Virus record (IMG/VR): IMGVR_UViG_3300001528_000259
Location: 32,001 to 96,000 of that record
Reading direction: 5' to 3' (one strand)
From: a virus
Lineage: Duplodnaviria; Caudoviricetes
Length of the DNA stretch: 64,000 nucleotides
Both the position numbers and the translations under genes were made by a program. This document shows positions 19,278 to 27,538 of this stretch, piece by piece (position 1 is the stretch's first letter; each line of letters starts with the position of its first letter). The notes beneath the pieces are model-generated. The model worked only from the letters and a program-made list of their open reading frames with translations. It ran no database searches and was not told where the DNA came from.

Positions 19278-19439
19278 TGCACAGGAAATATGTATAGCTT
19301 CGTGACAAACTTATACGAGAATACGCCGTTCAGAGTATAGCTCCTCTGCTGAAACGAGAAAGAATTAGTCCCGCTGAAGGTAGTATATAGCAAAGCGCGA
19401 ATGTGGGTGTTATACATCACCCGGTTTTCTGTGCATCCA
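19278..19439 (+). ncRNA. Candidate 162-nt ncRNA with acceptor-like stem and CCA end
   Basis: TGCACAGGAAA pairs with TTTTCTGTGCA, followed by TCCA. Confidence 0.45.
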
Positions 19440-19444
19440 AATAT

Positions 19445-19521
19445 GCGCACGTAGCCCAGAGGCAGGAGGCAGATGACTCAAAATCATCACAGGGAATGTT
19501 CGAATCATTTCGTGCGTACCA
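19445..19521 (+). tRNA. tRNA-Leu(CAA) with short variable loop
   Basis: GCGCACG/CGTGCGT acceptor stem; GATGA-CTCAAAA-TCATC anticodon arm; TTCGAAT T-loop; ACCA end. Confidence 0.88.
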
Positions 19522-19857
19522 GGTCTGTTCCCAGACCACATAAAGGGAAGTGTTTGTATGTTTTCACAGAAAACAACAAAAAGCACAGGCAACTAAGTAC
19601 TTTGTAAAGAAAATTTGGTTTGTGGTTCTCAGCAAGACAGCATAAACATAAGCAGGTTGGAAGACATGCGGTAAACTGATACTTCCATTGTTGGCACTAC
19701 TGCTATTAAATTTACGTTCGATTCGTAAAGCCAAAATTTTTGAGTTTCTCTCAAAAGTAGTCGCGAATGCTAAGAGATGAAGTTGTCAAACCTCTATGAG
19801 AGGTGGGTCTCCATTAACCTGTGGTGAAAGACCACAAAGAGATGAACTTTAGAGAGT

Positions 19858-19963
19858 GTCTTATCACATATGCCACTTCCGATGAAGCATTACATGAGAT
19901 GATGCTTGCGGTGAATTTGGTTCAAGTCCAGGCTTCGGGAATGGTGCTACAAAGTGATAAGGC
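19858..19963 (+). ncRNA. Candidate tRNA-like ncRNA (long stem plus T arm)
   Basis: GTCTTATCAC/GTGATAAGGC outer stem, CCACTTCCGA/TCGGGAATGG inner stem, TTTGG-TTCAAGT-CCAGG T arm. Confidence 0.45.
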
Positions 19964-19980
19964 GAACCGCAATAAAAATA

Positions 19981-20034
19981 TTGACACATAACACACTTCT
20001 TGATATAATAAGTTTGTAACAATACAAAATGATT
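19981..20034 (+). promoter_or_regulatory. sigmaA promoter of the amidase gene plus CAAAATGATT box
   Basis: TTGACA at 19981; 17 bp spacer; TATAAT at 20004; motif at 20025. Confidence 0.85.
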
Positions 20035-20051
20035 AAGGAGTGTGTTTTTCA

Positions 20052-20834
20052 ATGAAAAATATTATTACAGCGTATGCTACAAAAAACGATTGTTATATCG
20101 CTCAACAACAAATGAAGCCTATTGGCATCGTACTGCACAGCACAGGTGTGAATAATCCAAATCTAAAAAGATATGTTGATTGCCCGTCTGAGTGCGGAAG
20201 AAATTGGTATAATAATCATTGGAACAATCCATCAAGCAAAATAGGTGAGCAATGCGTGCATAGTTTTATAGGTTATGATAAATACGGAGAGGTGAGAGTA
20301 GCGAATATTCTGCCGTATGATTATGCTTGTTGGGGTTGTGGTAGCGGAAAGTACGGAAGTTATAATTACGATCCAAATGGACACATTCAAATAGAGCTAT
20401 GCGAAGATGGATTATTCGATGAGGAATACTTCAATGAAGTATATAGAGTTGCGGCAGAATATTGCGCTATGCTTTGCAAGAAATTCAATTTGCAACCGGC
20501 TACGATAGTTAGCCATGCAGAAGCGTATAAAAAAGGCTATGCGTCTAATCATGCAGATTGCGACCACTGGTTTAAAATACATGGTAAGACAATGGATGAT
20601 TTTAGAGCGTTAGTTGAGTCTATGCTTGGAATGAGCACAAGATATTTAGTCAGAGTTATAGTGGATGTTCTAAATGTCAGAAAGGGAGCGGGTACTAATT
20701 ATCCGATAGTTACTACCGTAAAAAGAAATGAGGTATATACTATAGTGGGAGAAAAAGTAGTTGGAAATGATGTTTGGGGTGTTCTTAAAAGTGGCGCTGG
20801 GTTCATTTGTCTAACATATACCGCTAAAATATAG
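20052..20834 (+). CDS. N-acetylmuramoyl-L-alanine amidase (Amidase_2) with C-terminal SH3b domain
   Basis: GIVLHST, CVHSF, IQIELCE, SHAE and NHAD motifs; LNVRKGAGTNY...GAGFICL SH3b. Confidence 0.88.
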   Translation: MKNIITAYATKNDCYIAQQQMKPIGIVLHSTGVNNPNLKRYVDCPSECGRNWYNNHWNNPSSKIGEQCVHSFIGYDKYGEVRVANILPYDYACWGCGSGKYGSYNYDPNGHIQIELCEDGLFDEEYFNEVYRVAAEYCAMLCKKFNLQPATIVSHAEAYKKGYASNHADCDHWFKIHGKTMDDFRALVESMLGMSTRYLVRVIVDVLNVRKGAGTNYPIVTTVKRNEVYTIVGEKVVGNDVWGVLKSGAGFICLTYTAKI

Positions 20835-20847
20835 AGGCATAATTATT

Positions 20848-20909
20848 TGTAAACAAATTGTAAATACCCCCATAAGTGCATTGACAATTAAGTAGTTATG
20901 CTATATAAT
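20848..20909 (+). promoter_or_regulatory. sigmaA promoter with TGTAAA-N5-TGTAAA box
   Basis: Boxes at 20848 and 20859; TTGACA at 20881; 17 bp spacer; TATAAT at 20904; motif at 20920. Confidence 0.85.
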
Positions 20910-20943
20910 GTATACACAACAAAATGATTAAGGGGGTCTTCAA

Positions 20944-21381
20944 ATGGAAAATCGTTGTATGTACTGTGGGGAAGTAATACCAGAAGGAAGGCAAATTTGC
21001 CCATCTTGTGAGAAGTCTATCATCAAGAAAAGTATGATCCTACAAAGTTATCAAACAACAAATAAAAAAATATTAGAAAAAAAGGAAATACGTATGGAAG
21101 AAAAAACAACGTCAGAAGCAATCTCTGAAATTAAAGGCGCTACCGAAGAAGAGTTACGAAAAGTAATTGAAAAGTGGTTTGAGAGTGTTAGAAATTCAGG
21201 GATGAAGATTGGGGCAAGCTACATAGCCGCAGCAGTTTATGGGATAATCGAAAAGGATCTTAAGAAAGAGCCAAAACCCAGTCTTAGAGATTATCAAAGA
21301 ACAATTAAGAAAATTATTAAAATCGTGTCTGTGCAGTTAAAGCAAGAAGAAACACAACAAAATGATTTATTCGAGGCGTGA
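20944..21381 (+). CDS. Hypothetical protein with N-terminal zinc ribbon
   Basis: CMYCGEVIPEGRQICPSC; a second RBS and start (MEEK) lie inside the ORF. Confidence 0.65.
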   Translation: MENRCMYCGEVIPEGRQICPSCEKSIIKKSMILQSYQTTNKKILEKKEIRMEEKTTSEAISEIKGATEEELRKVIEKWFESVRNSGMKIGASYIAAAVYGIIEKDLKKEPKPSLRDYQRTIKKIIKIVSVQLKQEETQQNDLFEA

Positions 21382-21388
21382 AAAACAA

Positions 21389-21697
21389 ATGAGTGCAGAT
21401 AATGGTGTGTATATTTTAAAAACAGGAAGACAATATAGAGTCGCTCACCAACAGGCTATAGACAATCTATATTGGAATGAGAATTTGCGTAAAATGTGCG
21501 ATACAATGCAACCTATATCAATTATCGATATGTTTGGTGATTGCAAGTATACGACTAATTTAAATACAGCATTTAATATTGCAAGAAGAATTTTACAAAC
21601 ATTACCCATATGCGAATATGGTATTGTTCTACTTGATGCAAAGATGAGCTGGTACAAAATTTTACATTATGAAGGGATGAAAGTTAATGATTTTTAA
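21389..21697 (+). CDS. Hypothetical protein
   Basis: MSADNGVYIL...EYGI. Confidence 0.7.
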   Translation: MSADNGVYILKTGRQYRVAHQQAIDNLYWNENLRKMCDTMQPISIIDMFGDCKYTTNLNTAFNIARRILQTLPICEYGIVLLDAKMSWYKILHYEGMKVNDF

Positions 21698-22034
21698 TGT
21701 AGTGGCATGGTGCGATAATTTTGATGATAATTATTCTAATACACCATTTACAGAAGAGAGAAAAAGAGCCTTGGTAGACAGAGTAAGACAGCGCAAATAC
21801 AATATGTCTTATCAGATGTTATCGATGAATCCGTATAGTACGCCAGTATATCAAGATGGATGTAGATGTTTGTTAACTAGTGAGCAATGGGAAGATGTAC
21901 TCGTAGATGTATATGCAGACAATAAGCGCCCTCCGAGATTTAGTCCTATGGATATTTTAACATTTAAGGCGAATGGAGCGCTGTGGGAGAAAGAAAGATT
22001 TTATAATGAAATGGTAGGTGGACATAATGGATGA
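21687..22034 (+). CDS. Hypothetical protein
   Basis: Overlapping ORF in the operon. Confidence 0.6.
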   Translation: MIFNVVAWCDNFDDNYSNTPFTEERKRALVDRVRQRKYNMSYQMLSMNPYSTPVYQDGCRCLLTSEQWEDVLVDVYADNKRPPRFSPMDILTFKANGALWEKERFYNEMVGGHNG

Positions 22035-22185
22035 AAATGAAGTCAGAAAACTTGGTGAATGCGAGTGCTGCGGTAATGAAATTACAGATGAACAGGAAGA
22101 ATATTATATCACAGAAGATGGTAGGGTGTTTTGTTGTATTGAATGTATTTTAGCAAGTTTTGAGATCGAAAAAATTGAGGTATAA
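22027..22185 (+). CDS. Small Cys-rich protein (52 aa, not in ORF track)
   Basis: MDENEVRKLGECECCGNEI...VFCCIECI; GGTGG RBS. Confidence 0.6.
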   Translation: MDENEVRKLGECECCGNEITDEQEEYYITEDGRVFCCIECILASFEIEKIEV

Positions 22186-22187
22186 AA

Positions 22188-22742
22188 ATGCAAGATTTTA
22201 ATGTTGAAATGATAAAAAGTCCGTCTGATCAAGATTGGATGTGGGCAAAAACTTGTACATTGAATACAGTTGGTAAAAAATCTACCAAGCTACCAACAGA
22301 CGAGTGGAAAAAGAAGCTTATTGAAGCAGAACACAGTCCAATGAGAGAATTATGGTTTGGATTTAGACTTGAGATCCCATATTGGGTTTCGGTGCATATT
22401 GTCAGGCACCATATTGGTTGTAATCATTATGTTCAAACACAGCGCAATGACAGACAAGAAAAATATGACAGGAACGAAATGCCCCAAAGCCAAATCATAA
22501 GCCATATACTTTCAATCAATGCTCAAGAGCTCGTATTTATGGCTCACAAGAGATTATGTGGGCAGGCATCACCAGAGACAAGAGACGTTGTAAGAAAGAT
22601 GTGCGACCTTGTAATTGAGAAATACCCCGAATTTAAAGGCGTGCTAGTTCCTCTTTGTGCGTATAGAAATGGGGTATGTACAGAGTTTAACCCTTGTGGC
22701 TTGAATAAGAAGTATCAAGGTGGTGAAACAAATGGCAAATAA
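22188..22742 (+). CDS. thyX: Flavin-dependent thymidylate synthase
   Basis: EHSPM, HIVRHH..QTQR, and KRLCGQASPETR motifs. Confidence 0.85.
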   Translation: MQDFNVEMIKSPSDQDWMWAKTCTLNTVGKKSTKLPTDEWKKKLIEAEHSPMRELWFGFRLEIPYWVSVHIVRHHIGCNHYVQTQRNDRQEKYDRNEMPQSQIISHILSINAQELVFMAHKRLCGQASPETRDVVRKMCDLVIEKYPEFKGVLVPLCAYRNGVCTEFNPCGLNKKYQGGETNGK

Positions 22743-23316
22743 CAAAGAGCATGTGGTATTGCTACTAATCGGGCGCACTTGCGCAGGAAAGAGCACTCTT
22801 GCTAAAATGCTTAGCGATAGAACTGGGCTTCGTCAGCTTGTATCATATACAACACGTGTAAAACGTAATGATAACGACACGGATCATATATTTGTCGATG
22901 TTTCAGACTATGAACGAGCAAAAGCAAATGGTGAGATTGTGGCAGAGACACAGATTGCTGGAAATTTTTATTACTCTACAATTGACCAGTTATACGAATC
23001 GGATATCTATACAGTAGATCCAACAGGTAAAGATATGTTGCTTTCTATGAGCATTCCCAACATTCGTTTTATAACAGTGTATATTACTTGTCCAGATGAT
23101 GAACGTAGTATTAGATCCAAAAAACGCGGAGACGACAAGGCAAAATATCGAGTACGAGATTTTTCTGAACGCAGTCAATTCAGGACATTTATTGCGGATG
23201 AAGAATGGGATTATTCGATAAAGAATCTTGAACTACCAAAAGCTTATTCAGTTCTTCGTTGGATTTCTCAGGTAGAAAAGGTATGGCAAAATCACATTGA
23301 GGAGGATGAAGCCTAA
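22732..23316 (+). CDS. gmk: Guanylate kinase-like nucleotide kinase
   Basis: GRTCAGKST P-loop; VSYTTR..R; DHIFV; GNFYY; VDPTG. Confidence 0.8.
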   Translation: MANNKEHVVLLLIGRTCAGKSTLAKMLSDRTGLRQLVSYTTRVKRNDNDTDHIFVDVSDYERAKANGEIVAETQIAGNFYYSTIDQLYESDIYTVDPTGKDMLLSMSIPNIRFITVYITCPDDERSIRSKKRGDDKAKYRVRDFSERSQFRTFIADEEWDYSIKNLELPKAYSVLRWISQVEKVWQNHIEEDEA

Positions 23317-23885
23317 TGTTCCGCATTGCTATAGATATTGACGAGGTTTGCAATAATCTTATGGAGTCGGTTTTGACAATATATAACAAACGACATGGCA
23401 CAAATTATATATTAGATGATTGCCAAAACTTTGATTTACATAAAAATTTTGAACCGGATGCAGCGAACGAAATGTACGAGTTATTTGGAGCAGAGGATGT
23501 TCAAGCCATTTTAAGACCTATAGACGATGCGCAATGGGGCATTGAAACTTTGATGAATATGGGTTATCAAGTGTATTTTGCAACAGCAACTACGCCTCAG
23601 AATTTCGGTTGGAAAGCGAACTGGTTATTAAAAAATTTTCCATTCATTAATTCACATCAAATCATTGATATATATAATAAGGGGATACTCAATGTTGATG
23701 TTTTGATTGATGATCATATTGATAATTTAATATCAGGGTTTTATGATAGAGTATGTCTCGACAGACCTTGGAATAGAAATATAAGAGATGATTTATTTGA
23801 AATCTATCGCTGCTTATCATGGCGTGAGATTATAAAAATTATTGAAAAACTAGAAAGGAAGAATAAAGAATGGGAGAAAGAGTAA
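23316..23885 (+). CDS. 5'(3')-deoxyribonucleotidase (HAD family)
   Basis: IAIDIDEV, ATA, K..WL, DVLIDD and PWN motifs. Confidence 0.88.
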   Translation: MFRIAIDIDEVCNNLMESVLTIYNKRHGTNYILDDCQNFDLHKNFEPDAANEMYELFGAEDVQAILRPIDDAQWGIETLMNMGYQVYFATATTPQNFGWKANWLLKNFPFINSHQIIDIYNKGILNVDVLIDDHIDNLISGFYDRVCLDRPWNRNIRDDLFEIYRCLSWREIIKIIEKLERKNKEWEKE

Positions 23886-24076
23886 TTTTATATTCAACAC
23901 ACTGTCCTCGTTGTAAAGTTTTAACTAAAAAACTACAGGATGCCGGTGTTCAATATGAAGAAATTAATGACATTGAAATTATGAAAGCAAGGGGTTTTAA
24001 TGAAGCACCAAAACTTGAAATAGACGGTGTTGTTTATGGATTTAAAGAAGCTGTAAATTGGATTAAGGAGCAGTAA
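23870..24076 (+). CDS. Glutaredoxin/NrdH-like redoxin
   Basis: LYSTHCPRC...AP.L; immediately upstream of nrdD. Confidence 0.85.
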   Translation: MGERVILYSTHCPRCKVLTKKLQDAGVQYEEINDIEIMKARGFNEAPKLEIDGVVYGFKEAVNWIKEQ

Positions 24077-24080
24077 TAGC

Positions 24081-25904
24081 ATGGGGAAATATAGTAGTTA
24101 CGAAAAGTATGTTAATTTTATTAACAAATACAAGAAGGCAATCAATGCCTCAAGCGGAAGCGAAGTTGATGCTAATGCAAATGTTGAAAACAAAAATATT
24201 GCCACGCTGCAAGGAGAACTTAGCAAAAGAGACATTATAGGAACAAATAGATTATTGATGGTTAATAAACTTACAGAGATGTATGGCATTGATATGGCAG
24301 ATGAGTATATCAGACAACTTGATTCTCATGAGATTTATAAGCATGATGAAACTAGCGTTATGCCGTATTGCGTTTCCATCACAATGTATCCATTCTTATT
24401 TGAAGGTTTGAAGTCTATTGGTGGATTGTCAGAGCCTCCGCAAAACCTCGATTCTTTTTGTGGAGCATTTATTAATCTCGTTTTTGCTATTGCATCTCAA
24501 TTCGCAGGGGCAGTATCGACTCCCGAATTTTTAACATATTTAGACTATTTTATCAGAAGAGAATACGGCGACGATTATTATTTAAATTCCGATAAGACAG
24601 TTACAACAGGGAATAGACCAAAAACAATAGATAAAGTTATCACAGATAAGTTTAGCCAAGTTGTTTATTCATTGAACCAGCCTGCGGCGGCAAGAAACTT
24701 CCAAAGCGTGTTTTGGAATATAGCTTATTTTGATAAGAATTATTTTGATGGCATTTTTCATGACTTTATTTTTCCTGATGACACAGAACCAACTTGGGAC
24801 AGTGTAAAATGGTTACAAAAAAGATTCATGAAGTGGTTCAACGCAGAAAGACTCAAGAAGCCTCTCACATTTCCGGTTGAAACGGTAAATCTACTTGATA
24901 ATGGAATTGATTATGTGGATAAAGAGTGGTTTGATTTTGTAGCAGAGATGTATGCAGAAGGACATTCATTCTTCACGTATAGAAGTAATAGTGTAGATTC
25001 GTTGGCTTCATGCTGTAGACTTCGTAATGGTATACAAAATAATACATTCTCTTTTACTCTTGGAGCGGGAGGCGTATCAACGGGATCTAAGGGTGTTATA
25101 ACAATTAATATTAATAGACTTGTTCAAAATGCAACAAAAGAAGGAAAGGATATTTCCAACGCTGTCTCAGAGCAGGTCAAAAAAGTACATTGCTACTTGA
25201 AGGCATTTAATGAAATTATGAGAGATAACTTCAATGCAAAGCTTCTTCCTGTGTACGATGCGGGTTATATCTCATTAGATAAGCAATATCTTACACTTGG
25301 AATCAATGGATTTGTTGAAGGAGCTGAGTTTCTTGGTATTCAAATTTCTCCCAACGAAGAATATTTTAAGTATGGCGAAAAAATCCTAAAGCCTATCTAT
25401 GAGTTAAATAAAGCAGAAAGAACAGATGAATTAATGTTTAACACAGAATTCGTACCTGCGGAGAATTTAGGTGTCAAAAACGCAAAGTGGGACAAAGAAG
25501 ATGGATACTTTGTACCACGTGAATGCTATAATAGTTATTTCTATATTGTAGAGGACGATAGCACCAACACTGTGGATAAGTTTATTCTTCATGGCGACAA
25601 ACTTACAAAGTATCTGGATGGAGGAAGTGCACTTCACGCAAATCTAAACGAGCATCTAACAAAAGAACAATATAAGGTATTAATGCTCGACGCCATTAAA
25701 ACGGGATGCTCGTATTTCACGTTTAATATTCCAAACACGATTTGTAATGATTGCGGACATATTAGCAAGCATAGAATGGATCACTGCGAGGCTTGTGGGA
25801 GCAAAAATATCGATTATCTTACACGTGTTATTGGGTATCTTAAGAGAGTGTCTGCATTCTCAGAAGCTCGCCAGAAAGAAGCAGCAAAAAGATATTATGA
25901 ATAA
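24081..25904 (+). CDS. nrdD: Anaerobic ribonucleoside-triphosphate reductase (class III, no ATP cone)
   Basis: IYKHD, PYC, SQFAGA, TFPV, SCCRL, PAE, CNDC..CEAC and TRVIGYL (glycyl radical) motifs. Confidence 0.95.
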   Translation: MGKYSSYEKYVNFINKYKKAINASSGSEVDANANVENKNIATLQGELSKRDIIGTNRLLMVNKLTEMYGIDMADEYIRQLDSHEIYKHDETSVMPYCVSITMYPFLFEGLKSIGGLSEPPQNLDSFCGAFINLVFAIASQFAGAVSTPEFLTYLDYFIRREYGDDYYLNSDKTVTTGNRPKTIDKVITDKFSQVVYSLNQPAAARNFQSVFWNIAYFDKNYFDGIFHDFIFPDDTEPTWDSVKWLQKRFMKWFNAERLKKPLTFPVETVNLLDNGIDYVDKEWFDFVAEMYAEGHSFFTYRSNSVDSLASCCRLRNGIQNNTFSFTLGAGGVSTGSKGVITININRLVQNATKEGKDISNAVSEQVKKVHCYLKAFNEIMRDNFNAKLLPVYDAGYISLDKQYLTLGINGFVEGAEFLGIQISPNEEYFKYGEKILKPIYELNKAERTDELMFNTEFVPAENLGVKNAKWDKEDGYFVPRECYNSYFYIVEDDSTNTVDKFILHGDKLTKYLDGGSALHANLNEHLTKEQYKVLMLDAIKTGCSYFTFNIPNTICNDCGHISKHRMDHCEACGSKNIDYLTRVIGYLKRVSAFSEARQKEAAKRYYE

Positions 25905-26379
25905 TAAACTGAAATATCTTGGATATAGTATTGTGTTTCAAGAAGTTCCGAACGAAGTAACACTTGCAATTAACATTAGTGGTTGCCCTCACCGTTGTGA
26001 GGGTTGCCACAGTAAGTATTTATGGGAATATAATGGCAATTATATATCTGATGATTTAGTAGGGCTCATCGAAAAATACAAGGAACTCATTACTTGTGTG
26101 TGTTTCATGGGTGGAGATCAAAACTTGAATGAATTGTATAAATTAATGAAAATTGTACAATTATCAAATTTAAAAGTGGCACTATATACTGGAGCCTCAG
26201 ATCCACATACTATCGGATACGCGATGTCTTTACCTGTAGATTATCTTAAATATGGTCCATATATTAAAGAATATGGTGCTCTTAATAGCAAAACAACCAA
26301 TCAGATAATGCTACAAAGGAATGGCGATAAGTGGGATAATATAACTTATAAATTTCAGAAAGGATGTCTTAATGATTAA
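25897..26379 (+). CDS. nrdG: Anaerobic RNR activating radical SAM protein
   Basis: SGCPHRCEGCHS, FMGG, YTG, K.GPY and TNQ motifs; ATG 25897 overlaps the nrdD stop. Confidence 0.92.
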   Translation: MNNKLKYLGYSIVFQEVPNEVTLAINISGCPHRCEGCHSKYLWEYNGNYISDDLVGLIEKYKELITCVCFMGGDQNLNELYKLMKIVQLSNLKVALYTGASDPHTIGYAMSLPVDYLKYGPYIKEYGALNSKTTNQIMLQRNGDKWDNITYKFQKGCLND

Positions 26380-26587
26380 AATTAAACAAACAGAAGACAA
26401 AGAACTTCTTGAAGAAATTCTAAGACAACTTAAAGAACACAACGGGCACTGCCCATGTCAGTTCGATGATGAATTACAAGATACATTATGTATTTGTGCT
26501 TCATTTAAGAAAGAAATTGACAAAACAAATTCAGGCATAATTGAATGTCCATGTGGCAGATATATTGCAACTATTACACAAGATTAA
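26372..26587 (+). CDS. Ferredoxin-thioredoxin reductase catalytic subunit-like protein
   Basis: Three CxC motifs (HCPC, CIC, CPCGRY) spaced as in the FTR catalytic subunit. Confidence 0.75.
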   Translation: MIKIKQTEDKELLEEILRQLKEHNGHCPCQFDDELQDTLCICASFKKEIDKTNSGIIECPCGRYIATITQD

Positions 26588-26621
26588 AACAATACAAAAT
26601 GATTAAAAGGAGAACAAAATT

Positions 26622-26921
26622 ATGAAAGATGAACTCAAGAGAGAACTTACTGTTGCAGAGCTGGAGGAACAGTACAAGAAAGCAGAAGAAAGTCAGAAAG
26701 CACTTAGAGAACAGATCGAAAAGAAAAAGAAAGAAGAAAAAGAATTCAAGGAGACAAAACTGAAGGCAGAAAAAGAAGCTCGTAAAAAAGAATTGGATGA
26801 CGCTGTTGAGTGTTGTAGGAAACTTCTGAGAAATTACATCAATGATTATGGAGCATATTCAATTATGTCAGATGACATGAATGATATTTTTAATTCTAAG
26901 TTTTGGAATTGGATTTGGTAA
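26622..26921 (+). CDS. Hypothetical coiled-coil protein
   Basis: AAGGAG RBS; K/E-rich. Confidence 0.65.
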   Translation: MKDELKRELTVAELEEQYKKAEESQKALREQIEKKKKEEKEFKETKLKAEKEARKKELDDAVECCRKLLRNYINDYGAYSIMSDDMNDIFNSKFWNWIW

Positions 26922-26934
26922 TTAAGGTGATTGT

Positions 26935-27384
26935 ATGAGAAAATTTGAAATTGTTAAAGCCGAATTTAGAAAGAATCCCAATGTGAAAATTAAACTTCCA
27001 AAAAGAGCAACCAAACATAGTGTAGCATATGATTTTTATAGTCCTGTTAATGTAGTTATTCAGCCAGGACAAAAAGCTTTCATATGGACTGACATCAAAG
27101 CTAATATGTATTACGACAACGCTCTGCTTATTAATGTAAGAAGTTCTATGGGGAAACAGCCAATTATGATTGCTAATACGCAGGGATGGATTGAGAGCGA
27201 TTATGCAAATAATCCTGACAATGATGGGAATATTGGTTTTAACCTCCTTAATCTCGGTGATACGCCTTATGAAATTAAAGAAGGAGATCGTATTGGGCAG
27301 GGCATGTTTGTAAAATATCTTGTTACCAATGATGACAATGCTGATGGCGAACGCAAAGGCGGGTTTGGATCCAGCGGAGCATAA
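26935..27384 (+). CDS. dut: Trimeric dUTPase
   Basis: AYD, RSSMG, GWIESDY, GDRIGQG and RKGGFGSSG motifs. Confidence 0.93.
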   Translation: MRKFEIVKAEFRKNPNVKIKLPKRATKHSVAYDFYSPVNVVIQPGQKAFIWTDIKANMYYDNALLINVRSSMGKQPIMIANTQGWIESDYANNPDNDGNIGFNLLNLGDTPYEIKEGDRIGQGMFVKYLVTNDDNADGERKGGFGSSGA

Positions 27385-27493
27385 ACAAGCTTCAATGGCA
27401 TGCTAAATTGTTATATTTATTATAGAAACAAATATTTAGAAAATTTGGACAACAGATAAAATTTATAAGATAAACAATAAACTAAAATTTCAT

Positions 27494-27526
27494 AGAGGCG
27501 GATTAATTTTCGCCTCTTTTCTTTTT
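27494..27526 (+). terminator. Intrinsic terminator after dut
   Basis: AGAGGCG...CGCCTCT hairpin followed by a T tract. Confidence 0.7.
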
Positions 27527-27538
27527 AAGGAGGGCAAA

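Noticed and set aside
18649-19300. HDV-like theta ribozymes after tRNAs
   Set aside because: The tRNAs encode their own CCA, and I could not build the nested double pseudoknot after any of them. TCCTCGT near 19030 fits a plain hairpin.
19445-19521. Possible UCA (opal/Sec) suppressor tRNA implying genetic recoding
   Set aside because: The 7-nt loop CTCAAAA puts CAA at positions 34-36. Genes are intact in code 11 and use all three stop codons.
18429-19592. Short ORFs on both strands across the tRNA region
   Set aside because: They overlap clear tRNAs and structured RNA, lack RBSs and have no protein-like composition.
12708-25904. Inteins or introns in dnaE or nrdD
   Set aside because: Lengths are normal and the motifs are contiguous, with no C...HN/C intein ends or LAGLIDADG blocks.
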